From Eledone cirrhosa (taxonomy: Eukaryota): DNA of 64,000 bases. Positions 12,667 to 22,090 of the stretch are shown piece by piece. A program made the translations under genes and the position numbers. The number at the start of each line of letters is the position of its first letter. Within the stretch, counting starts at the first letter, position 1. The DNA lies in assembly GCA_964016885.1 (NCBI GenBank), contig OZ024740.1, positions 49,228,001 to 49,292,000 on the forward strand. Reading direction: 5' to 3'. The notes below the pieces were generated by a model. It was not told the origin of the DNA, did no database searches, and saw only the letters and a program-made list of their open reading frames with translations.

Positions 12667-12760
12667 ACCCCTTGAGAAGCTCGGCTATTTAAATACCAGG
12701 ATAAATTTCCATTTAGTCCAGAATTAGCCGTCGAAACGGCTTGAGCTCAGCCGTCGGGGT
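12667..12760 (+). ncRNA. Type I hammerhead, U3-A8 core variant (UUGAGAA), GUC cleavage site
   Basis: Stem I ACCCC(12667-71)/GGGGT(12756-60), core TTGAGAA (12672-78), stem II G-C + CGGCTA/TAGCCG, GAAA (12733-36), stem III ACGGCT/AGCCGT with loop TGAGCTC, C17 at 12755. Confidence 0.82.
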
Positions 12761-12787
12761 CTTACTGGTTCCTATATATATATATAT

Positions 12788-13173
12788 ATTAATAAAAGGA
12801 ATTCCAACTTTGTCTGATTTACTCGTTTTATTTACAATCCTTTAAAATTATAATGATATAATGAAATAGTATGGTAGAATATTAAATGTTAAGTGTTATT
12901 TGAACAAGTACTTTCATGCTTTCGCAATCTTCAGGTTCATTTTAAGTGGTGACAGTCAAGTTTGCAATTTCCAACTGACAGTTGAAAATTGCAAACTTGA
13001 CTGTCACCACACATTATGAACCTGAAGATTGCGAAAGCATGAAAGTACTTGTTCAATTAACACTTAACATTTAATAATCTACCATACTTTTTCATTATAA
13101 TACCATTATAATTTTAAAGGATTGTAAATAAAACGAGTAAATCATACAAAGTTGGAATTCCATTTATTAATAT
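12788..13173. mobile_element. Palindromic (fold-back) PLE pLTR-like element, family D, centre about 12978
   Basis: About 190-bp inverted arms around caactgacagttg, with a hammerhead and AATAAA in each arm. Confidence 0.85.
13017..13055 (+). ncRNA. Minimal type I hammerhead (mirror copy on minus strand at 12901-12939)
   Basis: TGAAC CTGAAGA t TGC gaaa GCA t GAAA GTAC TT GTTCA. Palindromic stem III AAGTACTT, as in dimeric PLE hammerheads. Confidence 0.82.
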
Positions 13174-13201
13174 AATCTTCTATACACAATCATACACACC
13201 C

Positions 13202-13242
<41 letters not shown>

Positions 13243-13511
13243 TAAACGGAATAGAAAATGCTGACAAATTGTTCACAGTGAAAAATAGTTTAATTAGGAA
13301 TAAGTGAGAATTAGTAATAGTATTGGTTAGTATTCAGTTTTGGTTTTAAGTTTTACCGGTTGCGCATTTCTAATGCTTTTCAAAAATAATTTTGAGAGAG
13401 CGTCCATGATGTTTGCAATATATATATATATATATTGAAATAACAGATTTTAGTCTTCAGATTTATTTTTATTACTATATATATGTGTGTATGTGTGTAT
13501 GTGTGTGTGTG

Positions 13512-13555
<44 letters not shown>

Positions 13556-13789
13556 ATAATCTAGCTGTCGTCTGTTCTACAGTGTGGATGTCATTCACTT
13601 CGCACAGAAGTTTTGTTCAAATTTATTGAGGAAATTTTGTGAGTTCAAACTTAATTTTGATACAATTGTGTAGCTTGACCCTCCGTCTGAACTGTCAGGC
13701 GGTGGGTCAGCTCATCTTTACCCCTCCTAGAGGTGAAAAACCTATTTTAAAAAAAATTTTGTGTAAAAAATTTCAATCGTCTAACAGAA

Positions 13790-15667
13790 ATGTTAAACGC
13801 AGCGAACGAAAATAGTGGTGGGGGGACAGCGGTAAGAGTTGTAAGCTCGCACGCTTTAGTCCTCCCTTCCTTCCCAACTAACGTCATAGAGAAGGAAGGA
13901 AAAATGAAAATAAAAACGGACGAATCTGCGGAGAAAAAATTAAATGACGAAAACAACGAAAAAAAAAAATTTGAAAAATTGCATGACAATACTAATAACA
14001 CAAACAAAGACACAACAAACAAAAAAATAACAGTTGAAAATAACATAATATCAGAAAACAAAGCAGACGACAAGATTTCATTTGCACAGAAAACAAAGAA
14101 ATCTTTGACTTATATAGCGGAAAACATTTCAGATGTGGTACGAAGGATCACGGACGCAAAACAATACATAAGTGAAGGTGAGAATGGTATTTTATTGGTA
14201 AAAATGCCTCAAGAATTCACGAAAGACATTGAAAGCCGAACGGTCAAGTTTCGGACCATCAACAACAGTACAAAAAAACCTGAACAGCCTTCTCAAGCAG
14301 ATATCAAAACAGTACTCGCAGAAGTACTGAATGAAACAACTTTCATAAGAAAAGACAGACTGTATGGAAGCCTAGCAATTATCATGAAGAACGAATCGGC
14401 GGCAAAAAAATGTGCTTTGTCACCGATTCGTTCGAAAAATTTCACCTTTTATCCATCTTATATGGGAAAAAAAACTCAACGCATATGGCTGGATGCAATG
14501 ATGCCAGATGTGGACTACTGCTGGCTCATAGCTGGCTTCATCGATCCAGTGAATGACAAAGTGATTTCCATTGGGAAAACCACAGGCAATGCGTTCAGTG
14601 GAACAGGTATAGAGCTGGTAGTACAAATGAAGCCTGAACGCATCGCCCAAATACCCGACAGAATCCTATTAGAGGACCACGGGTATATAAACATTAGCGT
14701 GGAGGGGAGAAGGCCGTCCTGCCATATCTGTGCAGGCAGAGGGCACCTGAAGGCCGCTTGTCCCCAACTCAACAAAAAGAAAACCCTGCTACCAACACCA
14801 GCTCCACCACCACCACCACAACAGATAAACAAACAACAAAACTCAGTCCCACCCAACCCGTCCCTCAGTAACACCACAACACCACCACAACACAAACAGT
14901 CACAACACATTACCCCAAAACAAAATACAGGCCCACCCAACCTCTCACTCAATAAAACAACACAACCACCGCAGACACAACACACAACACAGTCTAACAT
15001 AGTGACATCCATCTCCCCCACAAAGAAAACCAACACGGAAACATTACCAGCAAACATACCTCTTCCCTCCAACACTGAAGATAACCCAACGAATTCGGAG
15101 GAAGAAACGGAGTCCTTCAGACAGATTAAAAGGAAAAAAAGAAAACATGTGCAAAACACACAAGGACAAACAACCCCCACCCAAATCGCAACACAATCTA
15201 ACAAAACAGAAAACACCCCTCCAGCAACAAACAAAACCAAACCTGCCCCTCCCCTCTTCGAAACACTCACACCATCGGAAAAAAAGACATTACACTATAC
15301 TTACATCAACAGAAACAATAATAAATTAAATGAACTCATATACAATAATCCTTCGGTACAAACCGAAGGTGTAAACTTTGTTTCGTCAGAAAACCACCCA
15401 CATTTAAAACTAATAAAAATCCCAATGAACCTCTACCAAAAACTAAAAAAGGATTTTAAGGAGGACGTAGGACCACCCTCTGTCAAACCCATAAACCGCG
15501 TCCTACTAAAAAGCTTTCCCCCTCCCCTTCCCCTCCCCAACACAACTCCAAACACCCCAACCCCACCACACACCGACGACCCCACACCACCACAAGACAC
15601 CCCTTCACCCAACACCCCCGACCCCATGGAAGTCGTGCAACCCGAACCCCGGGAAGCGGAAAGGTAG
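13790..15667 (+). CDS. Tx1-like ORF1 nucleic-acid-binding protein
   Basis: 625 aa, zinc knuckle CHICAGRGHLKAAC, Pro/Thr/Gln-rich tail, immediately upstream of ORF2. Confidence 0.88.
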   Translation: MLNAANENSGGGTAVRVVSSHALVLPSFPTNVIEKEGKMKIKTDESAEKKLNDENNEKKKFEKLHDNTNNTNKDTTNKKITVENNIISENKADDKISFAQKTKKSLTYIAENISDVVRRITDAKQYISEGENGILLVKMPQEFTKDIESRTVKFRTINNSTKKPEQPSQADIKTVLAEVLNETTFIRKDRLYGSLAIIMKNESAAKKCALSPIRSKNFTFYPSYMGKKTQRIWLDAMMPDVDYCWLIAGFIDPVNDKVISIGKTTGNAFSGTGIELVVQMKPERIAQIPDRILLEDHGYINISVEGRRPSCHICAGRGHLKAACPQLNKKKTLLPTPAPPPPPQQINKQQNSVPPNPSLSNTTTPPQHKQSQHITPKQNTGPPNLSLNKTTQPPQTQHTTQSNIVTSISPTKKTNTETLPANIPLPSNTEDNPTNSEEETESFRQIKRKKRKHVQNTQGQTTPTQIATQSNKTENTPPATNKTKPAPPLFETLTPSEKKTLHYTYINRNNNKLNELIYNNPSVQTEGVNFVSSENHPHLKLIKIPMNLYQKLKKDFKEDVGPPSVKPINRVLLKSFPPPLPLPNTTPNTPTPPHTDDPTPPQDTPSPNTPDPMEVVQPEPREAER

Positions 15668-15700
15668 GTCTCTACACTCTCCTTTGGCTCTGCCGCCCAC

Positions 15701-18700
15701 ATGGATGTGTTAAGAGTAGGATGTTTGAATGCACGTGGCCTGGGCTCAACTTGGAAGCAAGCAAAGCTTCTAAATGACCTCAGGTCATGTAGTATAAATG
15801 TAATGGTTATCTGTGAGACTCGAATCAGCGTCATGCGGCAGCTGGCCCCCACCTTCGATGACTTTGAGGTGCATGCATCTCTCTGTCAACCTGGAGGTGG
15901 GGGTGGGGTTGTCGTGCTGCTGCAAAAACACCTGGGTCTTGCCGTACAGGTTGTGCACTCGGACCCGGAGGGTCGTTTGTTGGTGCTAGACGTTGGCAGT
16001 AGTGAAAGTGCGGCCTTGAGACTGGTCGCCGTCTACTCCCCTTTCGGAGCTGAACGGCCCGACTTCTTCCAGCGTTTGGAGACTTTTCTGGGAACGTCGC
16101 GTTCCCTGCTTCTAGCGGGGGATTGGAATGACATCCTGGATGCACGTTGGGACTATGCAGGAGCATGTCCTAATAGAGGGGGGTGTAACAGCCTCAAGGG
16201 GTTACTCGACCGTTTTAACTTGGTCGATAGATATCGACTAGATTTTCCAACTGTGCCTACCTGGACTTGGAGAAACCACAGTGGTCAATCTAGATCGTAC
16301 TTAGATAGATTCTTAGTTAGAAGTAAGGATAGGGACATATTAAGCTGTCCAGAAATGCGCACGGTTGGCTACACGGATCACAAATTAGTGACCTGCGTGG
16401 TCAATCTCGAGAAAACACATAGACAGGGTCCCGGTTACTGGAAACTTAATTTGTCTTTACCGGCAAAAGAGACTTACAGAAACCGGATTAGCAGATTAGT
16501 TAAGGAGAGGTTGACGGGTGCAATCGTCAACAACCGATGGTGGGCATCTCTCAAAAGAGAGATTAGAACAGAATCAATAAGTTATAGCAAAATGTTAGCT
16601 GCCAATAGGAATAGAAACGAGAAAGAATTAACAGGTAAATTAGAAGAGGCAATCAAGAGCGAAGATGTGGCCAGAGTGCTGGCATCGAGGACGGCCTTGA
16701 ACCAGTTTTTCGATGCAAAGCATGAAGGCTGCGTCATTCGAAGTAAAATACGTGCTCTAGGTAATGAGGGGGCCAAAGCCGTTGGATGGGCCCGCGTGAC
16801 AGAAGCTAAAAGTGGAAATCGATCCACCATCCGGTCGTTGCAAGACAAAGATGGACGAGTGATCCGGGAGCCTAAGCAGATGTGCGAGGCCTTTCAAAAG
16901 CACTTTGCCCGATTGTTCGGGGGAGGCGAGGGTCCGGGCCGGGGCGTGGATTTCGGTCCATACCTCGACGGCCTGCCGCGTCTCTCGAACAAAGAGGCAG
17001 AGTCCTGCGAGGGACCAATCTCGGCTGATGAGATCGGAGATGCGCTGAGCCAATGCAGCAGACGCAAATCTCCAGGTCTCGATGGTATACCTTACGAACT
17101 TTATTTAGCAATGCCGGTCTTCTTCTCCGAACTCCTCGAAGCGGTCTACTGCAATTGGCAGCAGAACGGGAGAATTCCTTGTTCTGTAGCCAAGGGCGTA
17201 GTCACGCTGGTGAGGAAGGACGAGAACAAGGGGGATAGTATAAATAATTTTCGGCCCATAACCCTGCTAAACACAGAGTTAAAGATTTTGGCCAAGGTGT
17301 TAGCAAAGAGGTTGGCGCTTGTCGTGGGTGGCCTGGTGGGAGATGCGCAGACATGTGCTATCCCATCCAGGTCCATTCACGATAACCTCCACCTCATGCG
17401 ATACATCATAGAGAGGGTTGGCAACAAACCCGGCTTCGGTGGGGCCCTGATCAACTTGGATCAGTCTAAGGCCTTCGATAGGGTCGAGCATGGTTACCTG
17501 GATGCGGTGCTAGCGGCGGCTGGGTTCGGTCCTGTTTTCAGAGGCTGGATCACTGCCCTACATAGCAACCACATCTGTTCTAGGATCAAGGTGAACGGCT
17601 ACCTTTCGAAGCCGTTCGAAATCACACGATCCATTCGACAGGGGTGCCCTCTCTCCTCCCTTCTGTACGTATTGACTCTCGAGCCTTTACTGAGGAAGTT
17701 GGAGTTGTTGCAGGGTATCCCCCTGGAACCAGGATTGAGCAAAGCGGTGTCGGCCTACGCCGATGACGTAACAGTAATGGTATCAACCGACTCGGAGATC
17801 GAGGTGATCGGTACCTTACTGGAGGAGTACGAAAGGTTGTCAGGAGCGAAACTGAACCGGGAAAAATCCATCGGGCTGCAACTCGGAACGTGGAGAGGCA
17901 GACCGATGCCTCCTGACGGTGTCGTCGGACACTGGACGGAGGGCCCGGTAAAGTTGCTTGGGGTCTGGTTTGGACCGGACCTCCAGGTGGAAAAGAACTG
18001 GAACGAGGTTACGAACAAGGTGTTTGCACTAACCCAGAAATGGGCCAAGTGTAAGCTGTCCCTAAAAGGCCGGGCGGAGGTGGCGAACATTTACATAGCG
18101 TCCGTCACTTACTACCGCCTGACTGTCGTGCCTTGCCCTAAGGAAACACTCACCACCATGGAACGCATGCTCTTCCAATTTCTTTGGAAGAAGCGTCCTC
18201 CTATGGTGAGAAGATCCATCTGCTGCCAACAACCTTCGAAAGGAGGGCTGGGGATGCCGTGGTTGATGATGCGTAGGCACGCATTAAGGCTACGGCACCT
18301 ACAGGTATTCCTCACTGGTCAACCGGTGTGGGCTCCGTTCGTGAAACGAGCCTTTCCGAGACTCGTCTCACTCACCGAGCTACAGTCCTGGGTCAAGCAA
18401 AGATCCGGAAAACTGGGAGACTGGCACACTGAGTGTGCTCAGGCGCTCAGGGCTCTCTGGCAAGCGGGCCGGGCCATCGGTGGAGAATCCACCTCATCAT
18501 TCTATAGAGGGCTGGTGGCTAGCAGGGGCGATGACACCCTTGGGGAGTCGCTGGACATGGAAGAAGACGAACTGGCCAGCCTGTTCGGTAGGACTTTCGG
18601 CCCAGGACCAATGGACAACTTCCAGAAGTCACTGGCCTGGCAGTGCTACCGAGGGGCTCTACCCGTTCGAGAGAGGCTCTACAGACACGGGCGCCCGGGC

Positions 18701-19138
18701 AGGGATCCCTCAAAAAAGATTTGCCCTAGATGCGTGCGTCACGAAGAAACCGTGGCGCACGCATTGGTGCAATGTCCGGGCGTGGCTGATCTGTGGGGCT
18801 ACGCCGAACAACTGCTGTCGCGGGTGGCGCCGATTAAATTGACCGCCGAGTCCGTGATGACAATCAAACCGCCTTCCCTCTTCACAAAGGAAGCAAAGGC
18901 GGTTTTTCTGTGCGTAATAGCCATGTTGAAAGAGGTTGTTTGGTGGACACGATTGAAAGGTCTGAGGTCAGGCAACTTCCTCTCTGGCCATAGTCTGGTC
19001 TACTTCTTCCGATATCACTTCGGAAGGAGGATAAGAATGGAGAGAGAGGTGCTTGGCCACAGGCAGTTTTATGAAAGGTGGGTGATAGTGGCGAGAATGG
19101 CTCGTGTAAATGGGCCTTCTCTGTATACCATCCTGTAG
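15701..19138 (+). CDS. Tx1-like ORF2: AP endonuclease + reverse transcriptase + C-terminal zinc finger
   Basis: 1145 aa. APE motifs LNARGL, ICET, AGDWN, SYLDRF, TDHK. RT motifs KSPGLDG, NFRPITLLN, LDQSKAFDRV, RQGCPLS, AYADDV, GGLG. Zinc finger CPRC..EETVAHALVQC. Confidence 0.95.
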   Translation: MDVLRVGCLNARGLGSTWKQAKLLNDLRSCSINVMVICETRISVMRQLAPTFDDFEVHASLCQPGGGGGVVVLLQKHLGLAVQVVHSDPEGRLLVLDVGSSESAALRLVAVYSPFGAERPDFFQRLETFLGTSRSLLLAGDWNDILDARWDYAGACPNRGGCNSLKGLLDRFNLVDRYRLDFPTVPTWTWRNHSGQSRSYLDRFLVRSKDRDILSCPEMRTVGYTDHKLVTCVVNLEKTHRQGPGYWKLNLSLPAKETYRNRISRLVKERLTGAIVNNRWWASLKREIRTESISYSKMLAANRNRNEKELTGKLEEAIKSEDVARVLASRTALNQFFDAKHEGCVIRSKIRALGNEGAKAVGWARVTEAKSGNRSTIRSLQDKDGRVIREPKQMCEAFQKHFARLFGGGEGPGRGVDFGPYLDGLPRLSNKEAESCEGPISADEIGDALSQCSRRKSPGLDGIPYELYLAMPVFFSELLEAVYCNWQQNGRIPCSVAKGVVTLVRKDENKGDSINNFRPITLLNTELKILAKVLAKRLALVVGGLVGDAQTCAIPSRSIHDNLHLMRYIIERVGNKPGFGGALINLDQSKAFDRVEHGYLDAVLAAAGFGPVFRGWITALHSNHICSRIKVNGYLSKPFEITRSIRQGCPLSSLLYVLTLEPLLRKLELLQGIPLEPGLSKAVSAYADDVTVMVSTDSEIEVIGTLLEEYERLSGAKLNREKSIGLQLGTWRGRPMPPDGVVGHWTEGPVKLLGVWFGPDLQVEKNWNEVTNKVFALTQKWAKCKLSLKGRAEVANIYIASVTYYRLTVVPCPKETLTTMERMLFQFLWKKRPPMVRRSICCQQPSKGGLGMPWLMMRRHALRLRHLQVFLTGQPVWAPFVKRAFPRLVSLTELQSWVKQRSGKLGDWHTECAQALRALWQAGRAIGGESTSSFYRGLVASRGDDTLGESLDMEEDELASLFGRTFGPGPMDNFQKSLAWQCYRGALPVRERLYRHGRPGRDPSKKICPRCVRHEETVAHALVQCPGVADLWGYAEQLLSRVAPIKLTAESVMTIKPPSLFTKEAKAVFLCVIAMLKEVVWWTRLKGLRSGNFLSGHSLVYFFRYHFGRRIRMEREVLGHRQFYERWVIVARMARVNGPSLYTIL

Positions 19139-19352
19139 GTAAAGAAGTAAAGGAGAGGGGAGCACCTTCTCCATGTGCTCCCCGGGCAAAGGATTGCACA
19201 CTTTTTCGGGGGTGTGTGCAACCCCCATCACGTCCCCTCCCTTTTGAGGTTATTTTCGATTATTTTCATGTTACACCCTTTTTACTCGATTATATGTAAA
19301 CTCCCCCTTTGTATTTGTCCCTTCTTTTTATGCCTTTATGGTAAATAAAGAA

Positions 19353-19430
<78 letters not shown>

Positions 19431-19841
19431 TCCTGGTAGCACTAGCGGCCTATAATGTGATATTGGACTCTTAATACATACCAGCGTGAACCCTCACATC
19501 TCAGAAGGACTAAGAACAGGCTCTATAACTTATTTAAGGTTGTGAATTACCAATATAACCATTGCCTGGATGCTATTCTTGACCCCACCGATTTCCTTTT
19601 TTACTTGTACCACAAACTAAATGAAACATTTAATTTCCCCCATAGATATCCTAACTCTGCCAGATATCTTATAACATATTCCCGAACATGACTTAGACTT
19701 TCCTAAGTCCCGGCCACCGAATACATTTTCCACTATATATTATAATTTTTTAATTACCCAGAAAAGAGTTTAAGGATAAAATATATTGCACAACAACGTT
19801 TATCGATTGCCCCTCGAAAATTTGTCTGGAACTCCCTCTTG

Positions 19842-20053
19842 TTTAACCCTTTATCATTTACATTACTCTATTTATACTATTGTATTTTCACAATAAAGGC
19901 TTTATCTCTCATAATTATCTCACATAATATCGAATCTATGAGATTTTGTTGTTATTTATTTTGAGAACAATACATTAACATCAGTATGAGTGGCTGGTTA
20001 TGGCTGGTTTGAACAGAAAGAGGTGAGAGAATTCTGGCCAGATATGGCCGGTT
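19842..20053. mobile_element. MITE-like repeat with TTAACCCTTT end (same family as 33207-33406)
   Basis: Shared internal blocks (atctcacataat, tatttattttgag, ggtgagagaattctggccaga). The right end is replaced by a SINE fragment. Confidence 0.6.
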
Positions 20054-20055
20054 AT

Positions 20056-20129
20056 CGGGGTCGATAAAATAAAGTACCAGTAATCTGCTAGGTTATTGCT
20101 GGCCTTGTGCCAAAAGTAGAAACAATTAT
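20056..20129 (+). mobile_element. SINE 3' fragment
   Basis: cggggtcgataaaataaagtaccag...ggccttgtgccaaaagtagaaacaattat. Confidence 0.8.
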
Positions 20130-20753
20130 ATTTGTAGCACAATCGACTCACTTTGTTAACTCTTGTAGTATTCACAGATGAATAAAAAATCAAATATATC
20201 ATTTGCTTTAAGAATTGAGTTCTATTTTTTTTTTCGTTTGGAAAACCAAACATATACTTACATAGCAGTTGCACACTATCAGTGTTTAAATATCGCACAT
20301 AGATGAACAGAAAAAATTCCCACCTGAGTTTATGCTAATCTATCTACTATGTAATTCATGGGGAGTATTTAAACACTCAATATATTAGTATATTCCCAGT
20401 AGAACGCATTGAAGGTATTTTTCACTACTTCCATCAGACAGATATTTCTTGTTATATGGAATGACCGCCTACTCACTTTTTTCGTTCCTTGCCAAATTGT
20501 ATATCAATCAATCGAAATGTTAGCTATTAGTATAAATTGTGGCTAAACAGTGAAATATCTGATAGTTCGATGGCAGCTGAAAGAGGAGAAGTCAATCTTC
20601 TGATGATCCGCAAGACAACGCGTCGTAAATATTCGTCGTTTTCTTTGTGAGGTTGATTTCAAACCTCACCTTTCAAGTTTATTTAATTCACATAGACGTA
20701 TAGTGAATGTACTGACTGCACAATTTGTGCCCCAAAAAACTAGATTTGATACT

Positions 20754-21340
20754 TGAATAGAAAGGAATTTAAAACTCACTCTTGAATCTTGGCATACGTA
20801 TTCAAGGAAAATAATTTATATACATATTCTGTAGTAGTAATAATAGATTTTCAGATTCTGCAAAACGTGTGCTACAAAAGATCAATATCATTCCTTGTTT
20901 TATATTTGACTTGTTGACGTATTACTTAGAATCGTGCGAAATACATTCATTAAAAGAAGGAAGACTTCATTATTAAAAATTACTGAAAGCACAAGATCTA
21001 ATTAAATGTTCGAGTAATGAAGGTATTGAAGAAAACAATAAATACAAAAGAAAATGGTATTTCAAAGGAAAAGAAATATATTTCAGTGAAATGTTGTTTC
21101 TGAACAATTCCTTAATATTTAAACGTCATATGGGGATAGATATAGAGATAATTTAATGAGAATATTATGGAAAACACATTGAAGTTTATGTATACTCTGC
21201 TTATATATCCAGTTTTGTTTTAAAAACAATTTTAACCAACAGAGAAAGAACCGATGTCTTTTTCATTAGAAACATCTCTTTTTCATTAGAATTTAGACAA
21301 CATCAATTATACAGTCCTGCATGTATGTACCTGCACACGT
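20754..21340 (-). repeat. Inverted duplication, partner at 8822-9405
   Basis: Reverse-complement match to 8822-9405. Confidence 0.9.
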
Positions 21341-21349
21341 ATCGTATTT

Positions 21350-22090
21350 TAATTCCGAATACATTACACGTTGCTTTCTCTGCCTGGAGATTATTATTCC
21401 TGGTCTGTTATGCCTACAATTTATTAACGTTTTGACGAGACATTCCATCAGTATTCTTTCATATTATGATTGAGTATGCCATACATATACCTGTGTCTTC
21501 TTTCATTATCACCTTTAGGATTAACCTTCCTTCGGATTGGATTGTATAATATTTTGGCCACTAAACCAGGCCTCATAGGATGTATCATGATGTCATTTTC
21601 ATATGTTTATGAAGTGGGGCCATATTCGGTGTTAATTTCAGTCTTCATCTGTTTTCATGCGCAGGAGTTTTAATTAGATCCTTGCTATTCTCGTCCACAA
21701 TGTATTTTGTTATTTCTTCTCCAATATTACAAAAGCTTGCATTTCAGATTGAAAGCTAATTTACCGGTTCTATCAAACTGAACATTTTGACAACATAGTT
21801 ATGCATTAATTTTTGGCACGCAGAAAACCAATTATCTGAAGATCTGCTGCGATAGAGCTGTGGAACTTCCCTCAGTGCGCAACCTTTGTCGGAGTTTTTT
21901 CCAACTCCCTCGATGTTATTTGCCTCATTTCCATAATTGGTCCATGAATGCATTTCACGCTTGATAGCTAGTAGCTGTTGAAATTCGAAAGCTGTTTGTA
22001 CCGGTCTTAAGCCTCTGCACCATTGTTCTTCTTTTAGATAGAAGTGATTTATATCAAGTTAAGTAACATCAAGCTAGAGGTTTTTAAAAC
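21350..22090 (-). mobile_element. Possible very old R4/Dong-like RLE non-LTR remnant
   Basis: Minus-strand fragments DINHFYLK..CRGL..VQTAFE and HNRPGIII resemble LYL.R..GGRGL and HNRPDI motifs. Heavily decayed. Confidence 0.3.

Larger units (their letters stand above)
10327..12774. mobile_element. Family A hammerhead element as a large fold-back (arms about 10405-11534 and 11654-12774) in (TA)n
   Basis: The arms are near-identical reverse complements, confirmed by mirrored track ORFs (11080+/11890-). The spacer is the continuing 5' part of the plus-strand copy, homologous to 4540-4620. Confidence 0.9.
13555..19353 (+). mobile_element. Full-length Tx1-like (L1 group) non-LTR retrotransposon inserted in (TATC)n
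   Basis: Two uninterrupted ORFs, a 3' AATAAA, and (TATC)n on both sides (13513-13554 and 19353-19429). Confidence 0.93.

Noticed and set aside
13350-13418. Minus-strand GAAA-TGCGCA (and GAAA-CAATTG-TC near 30520-30536) resembling hammerhead 3' halves
   Set aside because: The CUGANGA half is absent, so these cannot be called.
19191-19224. UUCG hairpin in the Tx1 3' UTR as a terminator
   Set aside because: Eukaryotic retroelement context. It may be a 3' recognition stem, but there is no second copy here to test it.
14420-19299. Antisense and alternate-frame ORFs over the Tx1 element (similarly over the Neptune and CR1 elements)
   Set aside because: Shadow ORFs from compositional bias with no recognisable domains.
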